Source of the DNA: Pseudomonas aeruginosa PAO1
Lineage (GTDB): Bacteria > Pseudomonadota > Gammaproteobacteria > Pseudomonadales > Pseudomonadaceae
Assembly (NCBI RefSeq): GCF_000006765.1
Contig: NC_002516.2
DNA length: 64,000 bases
Strand: one strand, 5' to 3'
The notes beneath the pieces are model-generated. The model was not told where the DNA came from. It searched no databases and saw only the letters and a program-made list of their open reading frames with translations. How positions within the stretch are numbered: position 1 is the first letter of the stretch; each line of letters begins with the position of its first letter. Shown here in pieces: positions 21,567-31,604 of the stretch. The translations under genes were made by a program, and so were the position numbers.

Positions 21567-22226
21567 ATGAGCCGCGCACTGAATGACGTCGCCGCCGGCA
21601 CCCTGTTCGGCGTCGCGCTGAACTACAAGGGCCTGCTCGACAGCCGCCTGCCGGAGTTCCAGCAGCCGCCCTACCAGAAGCCGCCAGTGAAGCCGGTGTT
21701 GTTCATCAAGACACCGAATACCCGCAACGAGCACGACGCCCCGGTGCTCTTCCCGCGCGGCGTCGAGCGCCTGCAACCGGGCCCGGCGCTGGGCGTGGTG
21801 ATCGCTCGCGACGCAAGCCGGGTGAAGGAGGAAGAGGCCATGGCGCATGTCGCCGGCTACGTGATCGTCAACGAGTTCAGCCTGCCGGAAGACAGCTACT
21901 ACCGCCCGGCGGTGAAAGCCAAGTGCCGCGACGGCTTCTGCCCGCTCGGTCCACAACTGGTGCCGGTGCAAGAGATCGTCGATCCCCATGCGCTGGAGCT
22001 GAAGCTGTACGTCAACGGCGAACTGCGCCAGCGCAACAACACCGCCAACCTGGTGCGCGACATCCCGCGGCTGATCGCCGAGATCAGCGAGTTCATGACC
22101 CTGCACGCCGGCGACGTGCTGATCACCGGCACCCCCGAAGGGCGCGTCGATGTGCATCCCGGCGACCGCGTCGAGGTCGAGATCGACGGCCTCGGCCGCC
22201 TCGCCAACAGCATCGTCGCGGAATGA
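21567..22226 (+). CDS. hpaG: FAH-family isomerase/decarboxylase, N-terminal subunit
   Basis: GVALNY, KAKCRDGFCPLGP, MTLHAGDVLITGTP. Confidence 0.92.
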   Translation: MSRALNDVAAGTLFGVALNYKGLLDSRLPEFQQPPYQKPPVKPVLFIKTPNTRNEHDAPVLFPRGVERLQPGPALGVVIARDASRVKEEEAMAHVAGYVIVNEFSLPEDSYYRPAVKAKCRDGFCPLGPQLVPVQEIVDPHALELKLYVNGELRQRNNTANLVRDIPRLIAEISEFMTLHAGDVLITGTPEGRVDVHPGDRVEVEIDGLGRLANSIVAE

Positions 22227-22236
22227 GGAACCGACC

Positions 22237-23016
22237 ATGAAACACGCACGCATCCGCTACCAGGGCCGGGTTCACCAGGTCACCGTGGAAGACGCCAACG
22301 CCGTCCGCCTGGCCGACGGCACCCTGCTCGCCGAGGACCGGGTGGAGTGGCTGCCGCCGGCCACCGGGAGCATGTTCGCCCTCGGCCTGAACTACGCCGA
22401 CCATGCCGCCGAACTGTCGTTCAAGGCGCCCAGCGAACCGCTGGCGTTCCTCAAGTCGCCGGGCACCTACACCGGCCACCGCCAGGTCAGCTGGCGTCCG
22501 GACAACGTCGACTACATGCACTACGAGTGCGAACTGGTGGCGGTGATCGGCAAGCCGGCGCGCAACGTCCGCCGCGAGGACGCCCTCGGCTACCTGGCCG
22601 GCTACACGGTGTGCAACGACTACGCGATCCGCGACTACCTGGAGAACTACTACCGGCCCAACCTGCGGGTGAAGAACCGCGACGCCACCACCCCGGTGGG
22701 GCCGTGGATCGTCGACGCGGCCGAGGTTCCCGAGCCGAACCGGCTGACCCTGCGCACCTGGGTCAACGGCGAGCTGCGCCAGGAAGGCAGCACCGCGGAC
22801 ATGATCTTCGACATTCCCTACCTGATCGAATACTTCTCCAGCTTCATGACCCTGCAGCCGGGCGACATGATCGCCACCGGCACCCCGGAAGGCCTGTCCG
22901 ACGTGGTCCCCGGCGACGAAGTGGTGGTGGAGGTGGAGGGCGTCGGTCGCCTGGTCAACCGAATCGTCAGCGAGGCCGAATTCTTCCGCGCCCGCGCACA
23001 GGAGCACGCAGAATGA
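22237..23016 (+). CDS. hpaG: FAH-family isomerase/decarboxylase, C-terminal subunit
   Basis: 259 aa from ATG 22237; LGLNYADH, HYECEL, YYRPNLRVKNRD. Confidence 0.92.
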   Translation: MKHARIRYQGRVHQVTVEDANAVRLADGTLLAEDRVEWLPPATGSMFALGLNYADHAAELSFKAPSEPLAFLKSPGTYTGHRQVSWRPDNVDYMHYECELVAVIGKPARNVRREDALGYLAGYTVCNDYAIRDYLENYYRPNLRVKNRDATTPVGPWIVDAAEVPEPNRLTLRTWVNGELRQEGSTADMIFDIPYLIEYFSSFMTLQPGDMIATGTPEGLSDVVPGDEVVVEVEGVGRLVNRIVSEAEFFRARAQEHAE

Positions 23017-24473
23017 TCAAACACTGGATCAATGGCCGCGAGGTCGAAAGCAAGGACGTCTTCGAGAACTACAACCCGGCCACCGGCGAGCTGATCGGCG
23101 AGGTCGCCAGCGGCGGCGCGGCGGAAATCGACGCGGCGGTGGCGGCGGCCCGGGAAGCCTTCCCGAAATGGGCCAATACCCCGGCCAAGGAGCGCGCGCG
23201 CCTGATGCGCCGGCTCGGCGAGCTGATCGACCGGAACGTGCCGCACCTGGCGGAACTTGAGACCCTCGACACCGGCCTGCCGATCCACCAGACGAAGAAC
23301 GTGCTGATCCCGCGCGCCTCGCACAACTTCGAGTTCTTCGCCGAAGTCTGCACGCGGATGAACGGGCACAGCTATCCGGTCGACGACCAGATGCTCAACT
23401 ACACCCTGTACCAGCCGGTAGGCGTCTGCGGCCTGGTCTCGCCGTGGAACGTACCGTTCATGACCGCCACCTGGAAGACCGCGCCGTGCCTGGCGCTGGG
23501 CAACACGGCGGTGCTGAAGATGTCCGAGCTGTCGCCGCTGACCGCCAACGAGCTGGGCCGCCTGGTGCACGAGGCGGGCATTCCGCCGGGGGTGTTCAAC
23601 GTGGTCCAGGGCTACGGCGCCAGCGCCGGCGACGCGCTGGTTCGCCACCGCGACGTGCGCGCGGTGTCCTTCACCGGCGGCACCGCCACCGGGCGACGGA
23701 TCATGGAGGCGGCCGGGATCAAGAAATACTCGATGGAACTGGGCGGCAAGTCGCCGGTGCTGGTCTTCGAAGACGCCGACCTCGAGCGGGCGCTGGACGC
23801 CGCTCTGTTCACCATCTTCTCGCTGAACGGCGAGCGCTGCACCGCCGGCAGTCGCATCTTCGTCCAGGAAAGCGTCTACCCGCAGTTCGTCGCCGAGTTC
23901 GCCGCGCGCGCCAGGCGCCTGATCGTCGGCGATCCGCAGGACCCGAAGACCCAGGTCGGCTCGATGATCACCCAGGCCCACTACGACAAGGTCACCGGCT
24001 ACATCCGCATCGGCCTCGAGGAAGGCGCCACCCTGGTGGCCGGCGGCCTGGAGCGTCCGGCCGGCCTGCCGGCGCACCTGAGCAAGGGGCAGTTCATCCA
24101 GCCCACGGTGTTCGCCGACGTGGACAACCGCATGCGCATCGCCCAGGAGGAGATCTTCGGCCCGGTGGTCTGCCTGATCCCGTTCAAGGACGAAGCCGAG
24201 GCGCTGCGCCTGGCCAACGACGTGGAATACGGCCTGGCCTCCTACATCTGGACCCAGGACATCGGCAAGGCCCATCGCCTGGCACGCGGCATCGAGGCCG
24301 GGATGGTCTTCATCAACAGCCAGAACGTGCGCGACCTGCGCCAGCCGTTCGGCGGGGTGAAGGCCTCGGGCACCGGACGCGAAGGCGGGGAATACAGCTT
24401 CGAGGTATTCGCCGAGATCAAGAACGTGTGTATATCCATGGGCAGCCATCACATCCCCCGCTGGGGCGTGTAG
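23013..24473 (+). CDS. hpaE: 5-carboxymethyl-2-hydroxymuconate semialdehyde dehydrogenase
   Basis: 486 aa, ATGA overlap with the previous gene; SPWN, ELGGKSP, GERCTAG, EEIFGP. Confidence 0.96.
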   Translation: MIKHWINGREVESKDVFENYNPATGELIGEVASGGAAEIDAAVAAAREAFPKWANTPAKERARLMRRLGELIDRNVPHLAELETLDTGLPIHQTKNVLIPRASHNFEFFAEVCTRMNGHSYPVDDQMLNYTLYQPVGVCGLVSPWNVPFMTATWKTAPCLALGNTAVLKMSELSPLTANELGRLVHEAGIPPGVFNVVQGYGASAGDALVRHRDVRAVSFTGGTATGRRIMEAAGIKKYSMELGGKSPVLVFEDADLERALDAALFTIFSLNGERCTAGSRIFVQESVYPQFVAEFAARARRLIVGDPQDPKTQVGSMITQAHYDKVTGYIRIGLEEGATLVAGGLERPAGLPAHLSKGQFIQPTVFADVDNRMRIAQEEIFGPVVCLIPFKDEAEALRLANDVEYGLASYIWTQDIGKAHRLARGIEAGMVFINSQNVRDLRQPFGGVKASGTGREGGEYSFEVFAEIKNVCISMGSHHIPRWGV

Positions 24474-24604
24474 GGCGCGCTCGTGCAGAGCGGCCGCCCG
24501 AGGCCGCCAGCAGCGCCGGCGTGCAGACACAATCAGAAGAATCCGGGCCAGCCGCCAACGGCCGCGCCCGCTGCCAGGCCCAACGGGCCACCAGGAGAAT
24601 CGTC

Positions 24605-25528
24605 ATGGGCAAAGTCGCTCTGGCTGCCAAGATCACCCACGTACCCTCGCTGTACCTGTCCGAGCTGCCCGGCCCGCGCCACGGCTGCCGCCAGCCGGCG
24701 ATCGACGGGCACCGCGAGATCGGCCGGCGCTGCCGCGAACTGGGGGTCGACACCATCGTGGTGTTCGACACCCACTGGCTGGTCAACGCCGGCTACCACA
24801 TCAACTGCGCGCCGCACTTCGAGGGGCTCTACACCAGCAACGAGTTGCCGCACTTCATCGCCAACATGGAGTACGGCTTCCCCGGCAACCCGGAGCTGGG
24901 CCGCATCCTCGCCGAGGGCTGCAACGCGCTCGGCGTGGAGACCCTGGCCCACGACGCCACCACCCTCGGCCCGGAGTACGGCACCCTGGTACCGATGCGC
25001 TACATGAACCAGGACCGCCACTTCAAGGTGGTCTCGGTCTCCGCCCTGTGCACCGTGCATTACCTGAACGACAGCGCGCGCCTGGGCTGGGCCATGCGCA
25101 AGGCGGTGGAAGAGCACTACGACGGCACGGTGGCGTTCCTCGCCAGCGGCTCGCTGTCCCACCGCTTCGCCCAGAACGGCCAGGCGCCGGACTTCTCCGA
25201 CCGCATCTGGAGCCCGTTCCTCGAGGTTCTCGATCATGAAGTCGTGCAGATGTGGCAGGAGGGCCGCTGGGCCGAGTTCTGCGGGATGCTCCCCGAGTAC
25301 GCCTCCAAGGGCCATGGCGAAGGCTTCATGCACGACACCGCGATGCTCCTCGGCGCCCTCGGCTGGTCGGCCTACGACGGCAAGGCGGAGGTCGTGACGC
25401 CCTACTTCGGCTCCTCCGGCACCGGGCAGATCAACGCGGTATTCCCGGTCACCGCCCAGGACGGCTCGGCGATCCCCGCCGCCCAGGCCGGCAACCCGGC
25501 CGGCGCCAGTTGCGCCAGCCGCCTCTGA
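24605..25528 (+). CDS. hpaD: Homoprotocatechuate 2,3-dioxygenase
   Basis: 307 aa; KITHVPSLYLSE, FDTHW, SGSLSH. Confidence 0.95.
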   Translation: MGKVALAAKITHVPSLYLSELPGPRHGCRQPAIDGHREIGRRCRELGVDTIVVFDTHWLVNAGYHINCAPHFEGLYTSNELPHFIANMEYGFPGNPELGRILAEGCNALGVETLAHDATTLGPEYGTLVPMRYMNQDRHFKVVSVSALCTVHYLNDSARLGWAMRKAVEEHYDGTVAFLASGSLSHRFAQNGQAPDFSDRIWSPFLEVLDHEVVQMWQEGRWAEFCGMLPEYASKGHGEGFMHDTAMLLGALGWSAYDGKAEVVTPYFGSSGTGQINAVFPVTAQDGSAIPAAQAGNPAGASCASRL

Positions 25529-25538
25529 GGACGCCACC

Positions 25539-25931
25539 ATGCCGCACTTCATCGCCGAATACACCGACAACATCGAAGCCGAAGCCGACCTGCCCGGCCT
25601 GTTCGAGAAGGTCCACGCCTGCCTCGGCGCCAGCGGCGTTTTCCCGCTCGGCGGCATCCGCAGCCGCGGCGTGCGCCTGGACACCTGGCGCATGGCCGAC
25701 GGCAGGCACGACTACGCCTTCGTCCACATGACCCTGAAAGTCGGCGCCGGTCGCGACCTGGAGACTCGCCGGCAAGTCGCCGAGGCACTTTTCGAGGTGA
25801 TCACCGCGCACTTCGCCGAGCTCCAGGCGCGACGCCTGCTGGCGCTGTCCTTCGAACTCACCGAACTGGACGCGGAGCTGAACTACAAGCGCAACAACGT
25901 GCATGAATTCCTGAACAACCCGGCGGACTGA
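25539..25931 (+). CDS. hpaF: 5-carboxymethyl-2-hydroxymuconate isomerase
   Basis: 130 aa; catalytic Pro2 (MPHFIAEYTDN); GGIRSR. Confidence 0.95.
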   Translation: MPHFIAEYTDNIEAEADLPGLFEKVHACLGASGVFPLGGIRSRGVRLDTWRMADGRHDYAFVHMTLKVGAGRDLETRRQVAEALFEVITAHFAELQARRLLALSFELTELDAELNYKRNNVHEFLNNPAD

Positions 25932-26023
25932 CCAGCCCGCCATAACGCTGCACTCACCCAGCTCGCCTCCCGGCCACCGACAGGTCGCCGGGACGTCCGG
26001 GCGCTCACAAAAAGTACAAGATC

Positions 26024-27328
26024 ATGAGCACAGCCAGCACCCTGAACAGCACCACCCTGCCTCTCAGCGACAGCACCCACGACCGCGTCACCTGGCGGCT
26101 GATGCCGCTGCTGCTGGTGTGCTACGTCTTCGCCCATCTGGACCGCATCAACATCGGTTTCGCCAAGTTGCAGATGAGCGCCGACCTGCACTTCAGCGAC
26201 ACCGTCTACGGTCTCGGCGCCGGGCTGTTCTTCATCGCCTATGCGCTGTTCGGCCTGCCCAGCAACCTGATGCTGGAACGGATCGGCCCGCGCCGCTGGA
26301 TCGCCTGCCTGATGCTGGTCTGGGGCTGTCTCTCCACCGCCATGCTGCTGGTGGAGACCGCGCGCGGCTTCTACCTGCTGCGCTTTCTCCTGGGGGTCGC
26401 CGAGGCCGGCTTCTTCCCCGGTATCCTGGTCTACCTGAACCGTTGGTTCCCGGCGCGCCGACGCGGGCAGATCACCGCTCTGTTCGCCATCGCCGTGCCC
26501 ATGGCCGGGGTGATCGGCGGACCGCTTTCGGGCTGGATCCTAGAAGGCTTCCATGACGCCCTCGGACTGCGCGGCTGGCAGTGGATGTTCCTGATCGAAG
26601 GCCTGCCGGTTGTGTTGCTCGGCGTGGTGGTCTGGTGCTCGCTGCCGGAAAGCTTCGAACGGGTGACGTGGCTCAGCGACGAACAGAAGCACCTGCTGCG
26701 CGAGGAACTGGCCGGCGAGGAGCAGCGCAAGACCATCACCTCCTTCTCCGGCATCTTCAGCAATCCGCAGGTGTGGCTGCTGGTGGCGATCTATTTCGCG
26801 GTGATGCTGGCGGTGAACACCATCGCGTTCTGGATGCCGAGCCTGATCCATGGCGCCGGCATCGCCCAGGACAGCCGCATCGGCATGCTCAGCGCGGTGC
26901 CCTATCTCGCCGGCTGCGCCTTCATGATCTTCATCGGCCGTTCCTCCGACCGCCTGCGCGAGCGCCGCTGGCACCTGGGCATTCCGTTGCTGATGGCCGC
27001 CGCCGGGCTCAGCCTGGCGGCCCTGGCGCCGACCAGCGCCTGGCTGGTGATGGGCGGCCTGGTGATCGCCGGGATGGGCGCCAGCGCCGCCCTGCCGATG
27101 TTCTGGCAACTGCCGCCGGCCTTCCTTTCCAGCGCCACCCTGGCCGCCGGAATCGCCCTGATCAGTTCCTTCGGCAGCATCGCCGCCTTCCTCGCGCCCT
27201 ACCTGATCGGCTGGATGCGCGACACCACCCAGAGCGCCAGCCTGGCCCTGTACCTGCTGGCCATCCTCATCGCCCTCGGCGCCGGCCTGGTCCTGCGGAC
27301 CCCCGCCGCCGTGGTCAACCCACGCTGA
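26024..27328 (+). CDS. hpaX: ACS-family MFS 4-hydroxyphenylacetate permease
   Basis: 434 aa; [19 protein letters not shown]; located within the hpa operon. Confidence 0.88.
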   Translation: MSTASTLNSTTLPLSDSTHDRVTWRLMPLLLVCYVFAHLDRINIGFAKLQMSADLHFSDTVYGLGAGLFFIAYALFGLPSNLMLERIGPRRWIACLMLVWGCLSTAMLLVETARGFYLLRFLLGVAEAGFFPGILVYLNRWFPARRRGQITALFAIAVPMAGVIGGPLSGWILEGFHDALGLRGWQWMFLIEGLPVVLLGVVVWCSLPESFERVTWLSDEQKHLLREELAGEEQRKTITSFSGIFSNPQVWLLVAIYFAVMLAVNTIAFWMPSLIHGAGIAQDSRIGMLSAVPYLAGCAFMIFIGRSSDRLRERRWHLGIPLLMAAAGLSLAALAPTSAWLVMGGLVIAGMGASAALPMFWQLPPAFLSSATLAAGIALISSFGSIAAFLAPYLIGWMRDTTQSASLALYLLAILIALGAGLVLRTPAAVVNPR

Positions 27329-27345
27329 ACCGAGAGACCCCGACC

Positions 27346-28149
27346 ATGCTCGATCCCCGTCTGATCCAGGAAGCCGCCAACCGCCTCGACGCCGCCGAAC
27401 GCTCGCGCCAGCAGGTAAGGCAGTTCTCCCTCGACTACCCGGACATCGCCATCGAGGACGCCTACGCCATCCAGCGCGCCTGGGTCGAGCGCAAGATCGC
27501 CGACGGGCGCGTGCTCAAGGGCCACAAGATCGGCCTGACCTCGCGCGCCATGCAGGTCTCGTCGAACATCAGCGAGCCGGACTACGGCGCCTTGCTCGAC
27601 GACATGTTCTTCGAGGAGGGCAGCGACATCCCCTTCCAGCGCTTCATCGTGCCGCGGGTCGAGGTGGAGCTGGCGTTCATCCTCGGCAAGCCGCTGAAGG
27701 GACCGGGCTGCACCCTGTTCGACGTGCTCGAGGCCACCGAGTGGGTGATCCCGGCGCTGGAAATCATCGATGCGCGCATCCAGCAGGTCGACCCGCAAAC
27801 GAAAGTCACGCGCAAGGTCTTCGACACCATCTCCGACAACGCCGCCAACGCCGGCGTGGTGATGGGCGGCCGGGCCGTGCGGCCAGGCGATATCGACCTG
27901 CGGCGGGTACCGGCGATCCTCTACCGCAATGGCGTGATCGAGGAGTCTGGCGTCTCCGCCGCGGTGCTCAACCACCCGGCCAAGGGCGTCGCCTGGCTGG
28001 CCAACAAGCTGGCGCCCTACGGCGTCTGCCTGGAGGCCGGCCAGGTGATCCTCGGCGGCTCCTTCACCCGCCCGGTGGCGGCCGCGCCGGGGGACACCTT
28101 CCACGTCGACTACGACCTGCTCGGCAGCATCTCCTGCCGTTTCGTCTGA
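27346..28149 (+). CDS. hpaH: 2-oxo-hept-3-ene-1,7-dioate hydratase
   Basis: 267 aa; [20 protein letters not shown]. Confidence 0.95.
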   Translation: MLDPRLIQEAANRLDAAERSRQQVRQFSLDYPDIAIEDAYAIQRAWVERKIADGRVLKGHKIGLTSRAMQVSSNISEPDYGALLDDMFFEEGSDIPFQRFIVPRVEVELAFILGKPLKGPGCTLFDVLEATEWVIPALEIIDARIQQVDPQTKVTRKVFDTISDNAANAGVVMGGRAVRPGDIDLRRVPAILYRNGVIEESGVSAAVLNHPAKGVAWLANKLAPYGVCLEAGQVILGGSFTRPVAAAPGDTFHVDYDLLGSISCRFV

Positions 28150-28161
28150 GGAGGCATTTCC

Positions 28162-28968
28162 ATGGACCTGCCCGTCAATCGCTTCAAGCAACGCCTGCGC
28201 AGCGGCGAGGCGCAGATCGGCCTGTGGCTCGGCCTGGCCGATCCCTACTGCGCGGAGCTGGCCGCCAACGCCGGCTTCGACTGGCTGCTGCTGGACGGCG
28301 AGCACGCGCCCAACGACCTGCGCAGCCTGCTCGGCCAGTTGCAGGCGCTGGCGCCCTACCCCGGCCAGCCGGTGATCCGCCCGGTGCAGGGCGACACTGC
28401 GCTGATCAAGCAATTGCTCGACATCGGCGCGCAGACCCTGCTGGTACCGATGGTCGACAGCGCCGCCCAGGCCGAAGGGCTGGTGCGCGCCGTGCGCTAT
28501 CCGCCGGCGGGCGTACGCGGGGTCGGCAGTGCGCTGGCCCGGGCCTCGCGCTGGAACAGCGTGGCGGAGTACCTGAACCACGCCGACGAGCAGATGTGCC
28601 TGCTGGTCCAGGTGGAAAACCTGGAGGGCCTGGCCAACCTCGACGCGATCGCCGCCGTCGAGGGCGTCGACGGCGTGTTCATCGGTCCGGCCGACCTCAG
28701 CGCAGCCATGGGCCATCGCGGCAATCCAGGCCATCCCGAGGTGCAGGCGGCCATAGAGGACGCCATCCACCGCATCCGCACGGCCGGCAAGGCCGCCGGC
28801 ATCCTCTCCGCCGACGAGACACTGGCGCGGCGCTACCTGGAGCTGGGCTGCGCGTTCGTCGCGGTGGGCGTGGACACCAGCCTGCTGATGCGTTCGCTGC
28901 GCGAGCTGGCGGGGCGCTTCAAGGGCGGCGCGCCGGCGCCGTCCGCCAGTTCCTCGGTCTACGGCTGA
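28162..28968 (+). CDS. hpaI: 4-hydroxy-2-oxoheptanedioate aldolase
   Basis: 268 aa; DGEHAPN, VQVEN, FIGPADL. Confidence 0.95.
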   Translation: MDLPVNRFKQRLRSGEAQIGLWLGLADPYCAELAANAGFDWLLLDGEHAPNDLRSLLGQLQALAPYPGQPVIRPVQGDTALIKQLLDIGAQTLLVPMVDSAAQAEGLVRAVRYPPAGVRGVGSALARASRWNSVAEYLNHADEQMCLLVQVENLEGLANLDAIAAVEGVDGVFIGPADLSAAMGHRGNPGHPEVQAAIEDAIHRIRTAGKAAGILSADETLARRYLELGCAFVAVGVDTSLLMRSLRELAGRFKGGAPAPSASSSVYG

Positions 28969-29049
28969 GGGGTGCGCCCCGCTCCCGCTGCGGGAGAGGG
29001 GCCAGGTCGGCGTTGCGGCAGGTATCGGCGTCGGTCCGGGGGCGTATGC

Positions 29050-29538
29050 CTAGCGTCGGCGGAACAACGGTCGCGGCTCGATCGCCGAGCGGCCGTAGAG
29101 CACGCTCAAGCCCGCCAGCCCCTTGAGCGCATCCTCGACGTTCTTGTCCTCGCGCACCGCGAAGGCATCGAAGCCGCACTGGCGCATATGGCTGAGCTGG
29201 TCGCGCAACACGTCGCCCACTGCGCGCAACTCGCCGCTCCACCCCAGGCGCACGCGCAGCAGGTAGGCCAGGCTGTAGCCACGACCGTCGCGGAAGCTGG
29301 GGAAGTCGACGGCGATCAGCGGCAGCTCGGCGAAGTGCGGCAGCAAGGCCTCCACCTCATCGTCCGGCGCCAGCCAGGGCGCGGCGGCTCCGGCCTCGCC
29401 GCGGCGCTCCAGCCAGGCCGCCAGAGGCAGCAGCAACGGCCCCGGCGGCAGCGCGTCGGGCAACTCGCGCAGGAGTTGCCAGGGATCGTCGCGGCAGACC
29501 TCGGCGACGCCATCGCGCAAACGGATCAGGTTGTTCAT
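29050..29538 (-). CDS. DUF934-family protein (sulfite/nitrite reductase partner)
   Basis: 162 aa; IAVDFPSFRDGRGYSLA, LRAVGDVLRDQL, GFDAF; ATGA overlap with the reductase stop. Confidence 0.92.
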   Translation of the reverse strand: MNNLIRLRDGVAEVCRDDPWQLLRELPDALPPGPLLLPLAAWLERRGEAGAAAPWLAPDDEVEALLPHFAELPLIAVDFPSFRDGRGYSLAYLLRVRLGWSGELRAVGDVLRDQLSHMRQCGFDAFAVREDKNVEDALKGLAGLSVLYGRSAIEPRPLFRRR

Positions 29539-31208
29539 GCCGGTTCCTCCATCCTGGCGTAGACCCGGGCCTTGAACGGCTCCAGGCCGACCCGGTTGAA
29601 GGTGTCGATGAAACGTTCCGGGCCGACCCGCAGGTCGGTGAAGGTTTCGACGATCCGTTCGATCACCGCCGGCACCTCGGCGGCGCTGAACGATGGCCCG
29701 ATCACCTTGCCCAGCGCGCTGTCCTTGCCCTGGGCGCCGCCGAGGGTGACCTGGTACCACTCGCTGCCGCTCTTGTCGACGCCGAGGATGCCGATGTTGC
29801 CGATGTGGTGGTGGCCGCAGGCGTTCATGCAGCCGGAGATGTTCAGGCTCAGCTCGCCGATGTCGTGCAGGTGGTCGAGGTCCTCGAAGCGCTGCTGGAT
29901 GCCCTGGGCGATGGGGATCGACTTGGCGTTGGCCAGCGCGCAGTAGTCGCCGCCGGGACAAGCGATGATGTCGCTGAGCAGGCCCTGGTTAGGCGTGCCG
30001 AGGCCGGCTGCGCAGGCCTCGCGCCACAGCGCGTGGAGGTTCTCCAGGCGCACGTCGGGGAGCACCAGGTTCTGTTCGTGGGCCACGCGGATCTCGCCGA
30101 AACCGTAGCGCTCGGCCCAGTCGGCGACGCGTTCCATCTGCTCCGCGGTGACGTCGCCCGGCGGCGCGCTGGCGCCGGGCTTGGTCGACAGCACCACCGA
30201 GGCGTAGCCCGGCACCTTGTGCGCCTGGACGTTGCGCGAGGCCCAGCGGGCGAAGGCCGGATCGGCCGCACGGGCGCTGCCGTAGGCCAGCTCGCCGTCG
30301 GCCGGCGGCAGGTAGCGCGGCAATACGAAGCGCTCGGCGACCCGCTGGCACTCCTCGGCAGTCAGTTGCGCCGGGCCGTCGCGCAGGTGCTGCCACTCTT
30401 CCTCCACCTCGCGGGCGAAAGCCTCGATGCCCAGCGCCTTGACCAGGATCTTGATCCGCGCCTTGTACTTGTTGTCGCGCCGGCCGTAGCGGTTGTAGAC
30501 CCGCAGGATCGCCTCGACGTAGGACAACAGGTGCTGCCAGGGCAGGTCGTCGCGGATCACCTGGCCGAGCATCGGCGTGCGTCCCAGGCCGCCGCCGACC
30601 AGGACCCGCAGGCGCAACTCGCCGGCGTCGGGGTGGCGGTAAAGGTACAGGCCGATGTCGTGCATCTGCACCGCGGCGCGGTCTTCCACCGCCGAACTGA
30701 GGGCGATCTTGAACTTGCGCGGGAGGAACAGGAACTCCGGGTTCACCGTCGACCACTGGCGCAGGATCTCGGCCAGCGGCCGGGGGTCGGTCCATTCGTC
30801 CGCGGCGACCCCGGCGAAGGCTTCGGTGGTGATGTTGCGCACGCAGTTGCCGGAGGTCTGGATCGCGTGCATCTGCGCGCCAGCGAGGTGTTCGAGGATA
30901 TCGCCGACCTGCTCCAGTTCGATCCAGTTGAACTGGATGTTCTGCCGCGTGGTGAAGTGCCCGTAGCCGCGGTCGTAGTGCCGGGCGACGTGCGCCAAGG
31001 CGCGCAGTTGCGGCGCCGACAGGGTGCCGTAGGGAATCGCCACGCGCAGCATGTAGGCGTGCTTCTGCAGGTACAGGCCGTTCTGCAGGCGCAGCGGGAG
31101 GAACTCCTCCTCGCTCAGTTCGCCGTCGAGGCGGCGGGCGATCTGGTCGCGGAACTGCGCCACCCGCTCGCTCACCAGCGCCTGGTCGTATTCATCGTAC
31201 TGGTACAT
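29535..31208 (-). CDS. nirA: Siroheme/[4Fe-4S] nitrite/sulfite reductase
   Basis: 557 aa from ATG 31208; TTRQN, CVRNI, CPGGDYC, GCMNACG. Substrate assignment comes from recall of this locus. Confidence 0.88.
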   Translation of the reverse strand: MYQYDEYDQALVSERVAQFRDQIARRLDGELSEEEFLPLRLQNGLYLQKHAYMLRVAIPYGTLSAPQLRALAHVARHYDRGYGHFTTRQNIQFNWIELEQVGDILEHLAGAQMHAIQTSGNCVRNITTEAFAGVAADEWTDPRPLAEILRQWSTVNPEFLFLPRKFKIALSSAVEDRAAVQMHDIGLYLYRHPDAGELRLRVLVGGGLGRTPMLGQVIRDDLPWQHLLSYVEAILRVYNRYGRRDNKYKARIKILVKALGIEAFAREVEEEWQHLRDGPAQLTAEECQRVAERFVLPRYLPPADGELAYGSARAADPAFARWASRNVQAHKVPGYASVVLSTKPGASAPPGDVTAEQMERVADWAERYGFGEIRVAHEQNLVLPDVRLENLHALWREACAAGLGTPNQGLLSDIIACPGGDYCALANAKSIPIAQGIQQRFEDLDHLHDIGELSLNISGCMNACGHHHIGNIGILGVDKSGSEWYQVTLGGAQGKDSALGKVIGPSFSAAEVPAVIERIVETFTDLRVGPERFIDTFNRVGLEPFKARVYARMEEPA

Positions 31209-31350
31209 CGCAAAGCCCTCATCGACAGGGTTTCTCCACCGATGACGGGCAGGGTGGGTGGCGAAGAAACCGGGAACCGGCTGCGCCCCTGTTTCTGGCG
31301 ACAGGATGGGCCGGTGTTCACTGGCACCCACTATCGCCCGCGTACAGACA

Positions 31351-31392
31351 GCGAAACAGCGGCAGATTCCGCCGAAAAAAACACATCAGATG
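31351..31392 (-). promoter_or_regulatory. Conserved ~40-bp element, copy 1 (points toward nirA)
   Basis: Reverse complement CATCTGATGTGTTTTTTTCGGCGGAATCTGCCGCTGTTTCGC; 34/42 identical to 31506-31547. Confidence 0.75.
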
Positions 31393-31505
31393 GCCGACGA
31401 CGGCGAATTCGCGCCGCCTGCGACCGGTTGCCACGGGGCGCATATCTGTACTGCCGGAGGTCGCCCGGTAACCCGCGGCAATGCTGGGCCGCTGCTTTCC
31501 GGAGG

Positions 31506-31547
31506 CATCTGATACGGTTTTTCCCGCTCGATCTGCCGCTGTTTCGC
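31506..31547 (+). promoter_or_regulatory. Conserved ~40-bp element, copy 2 (points toward ccoG-mpaR)
   Basis: CATCTGATACGGTTTTTCCCGCTCGATCTGCCGCTGTTTCGC. Confidence 0.75.
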
Positions 31548-31604
31548 CCATCAGCCGGTTCCTATAGTCGCAACCGCCTCTCCAGCCTGATGGGCCTACG
31601 AAAA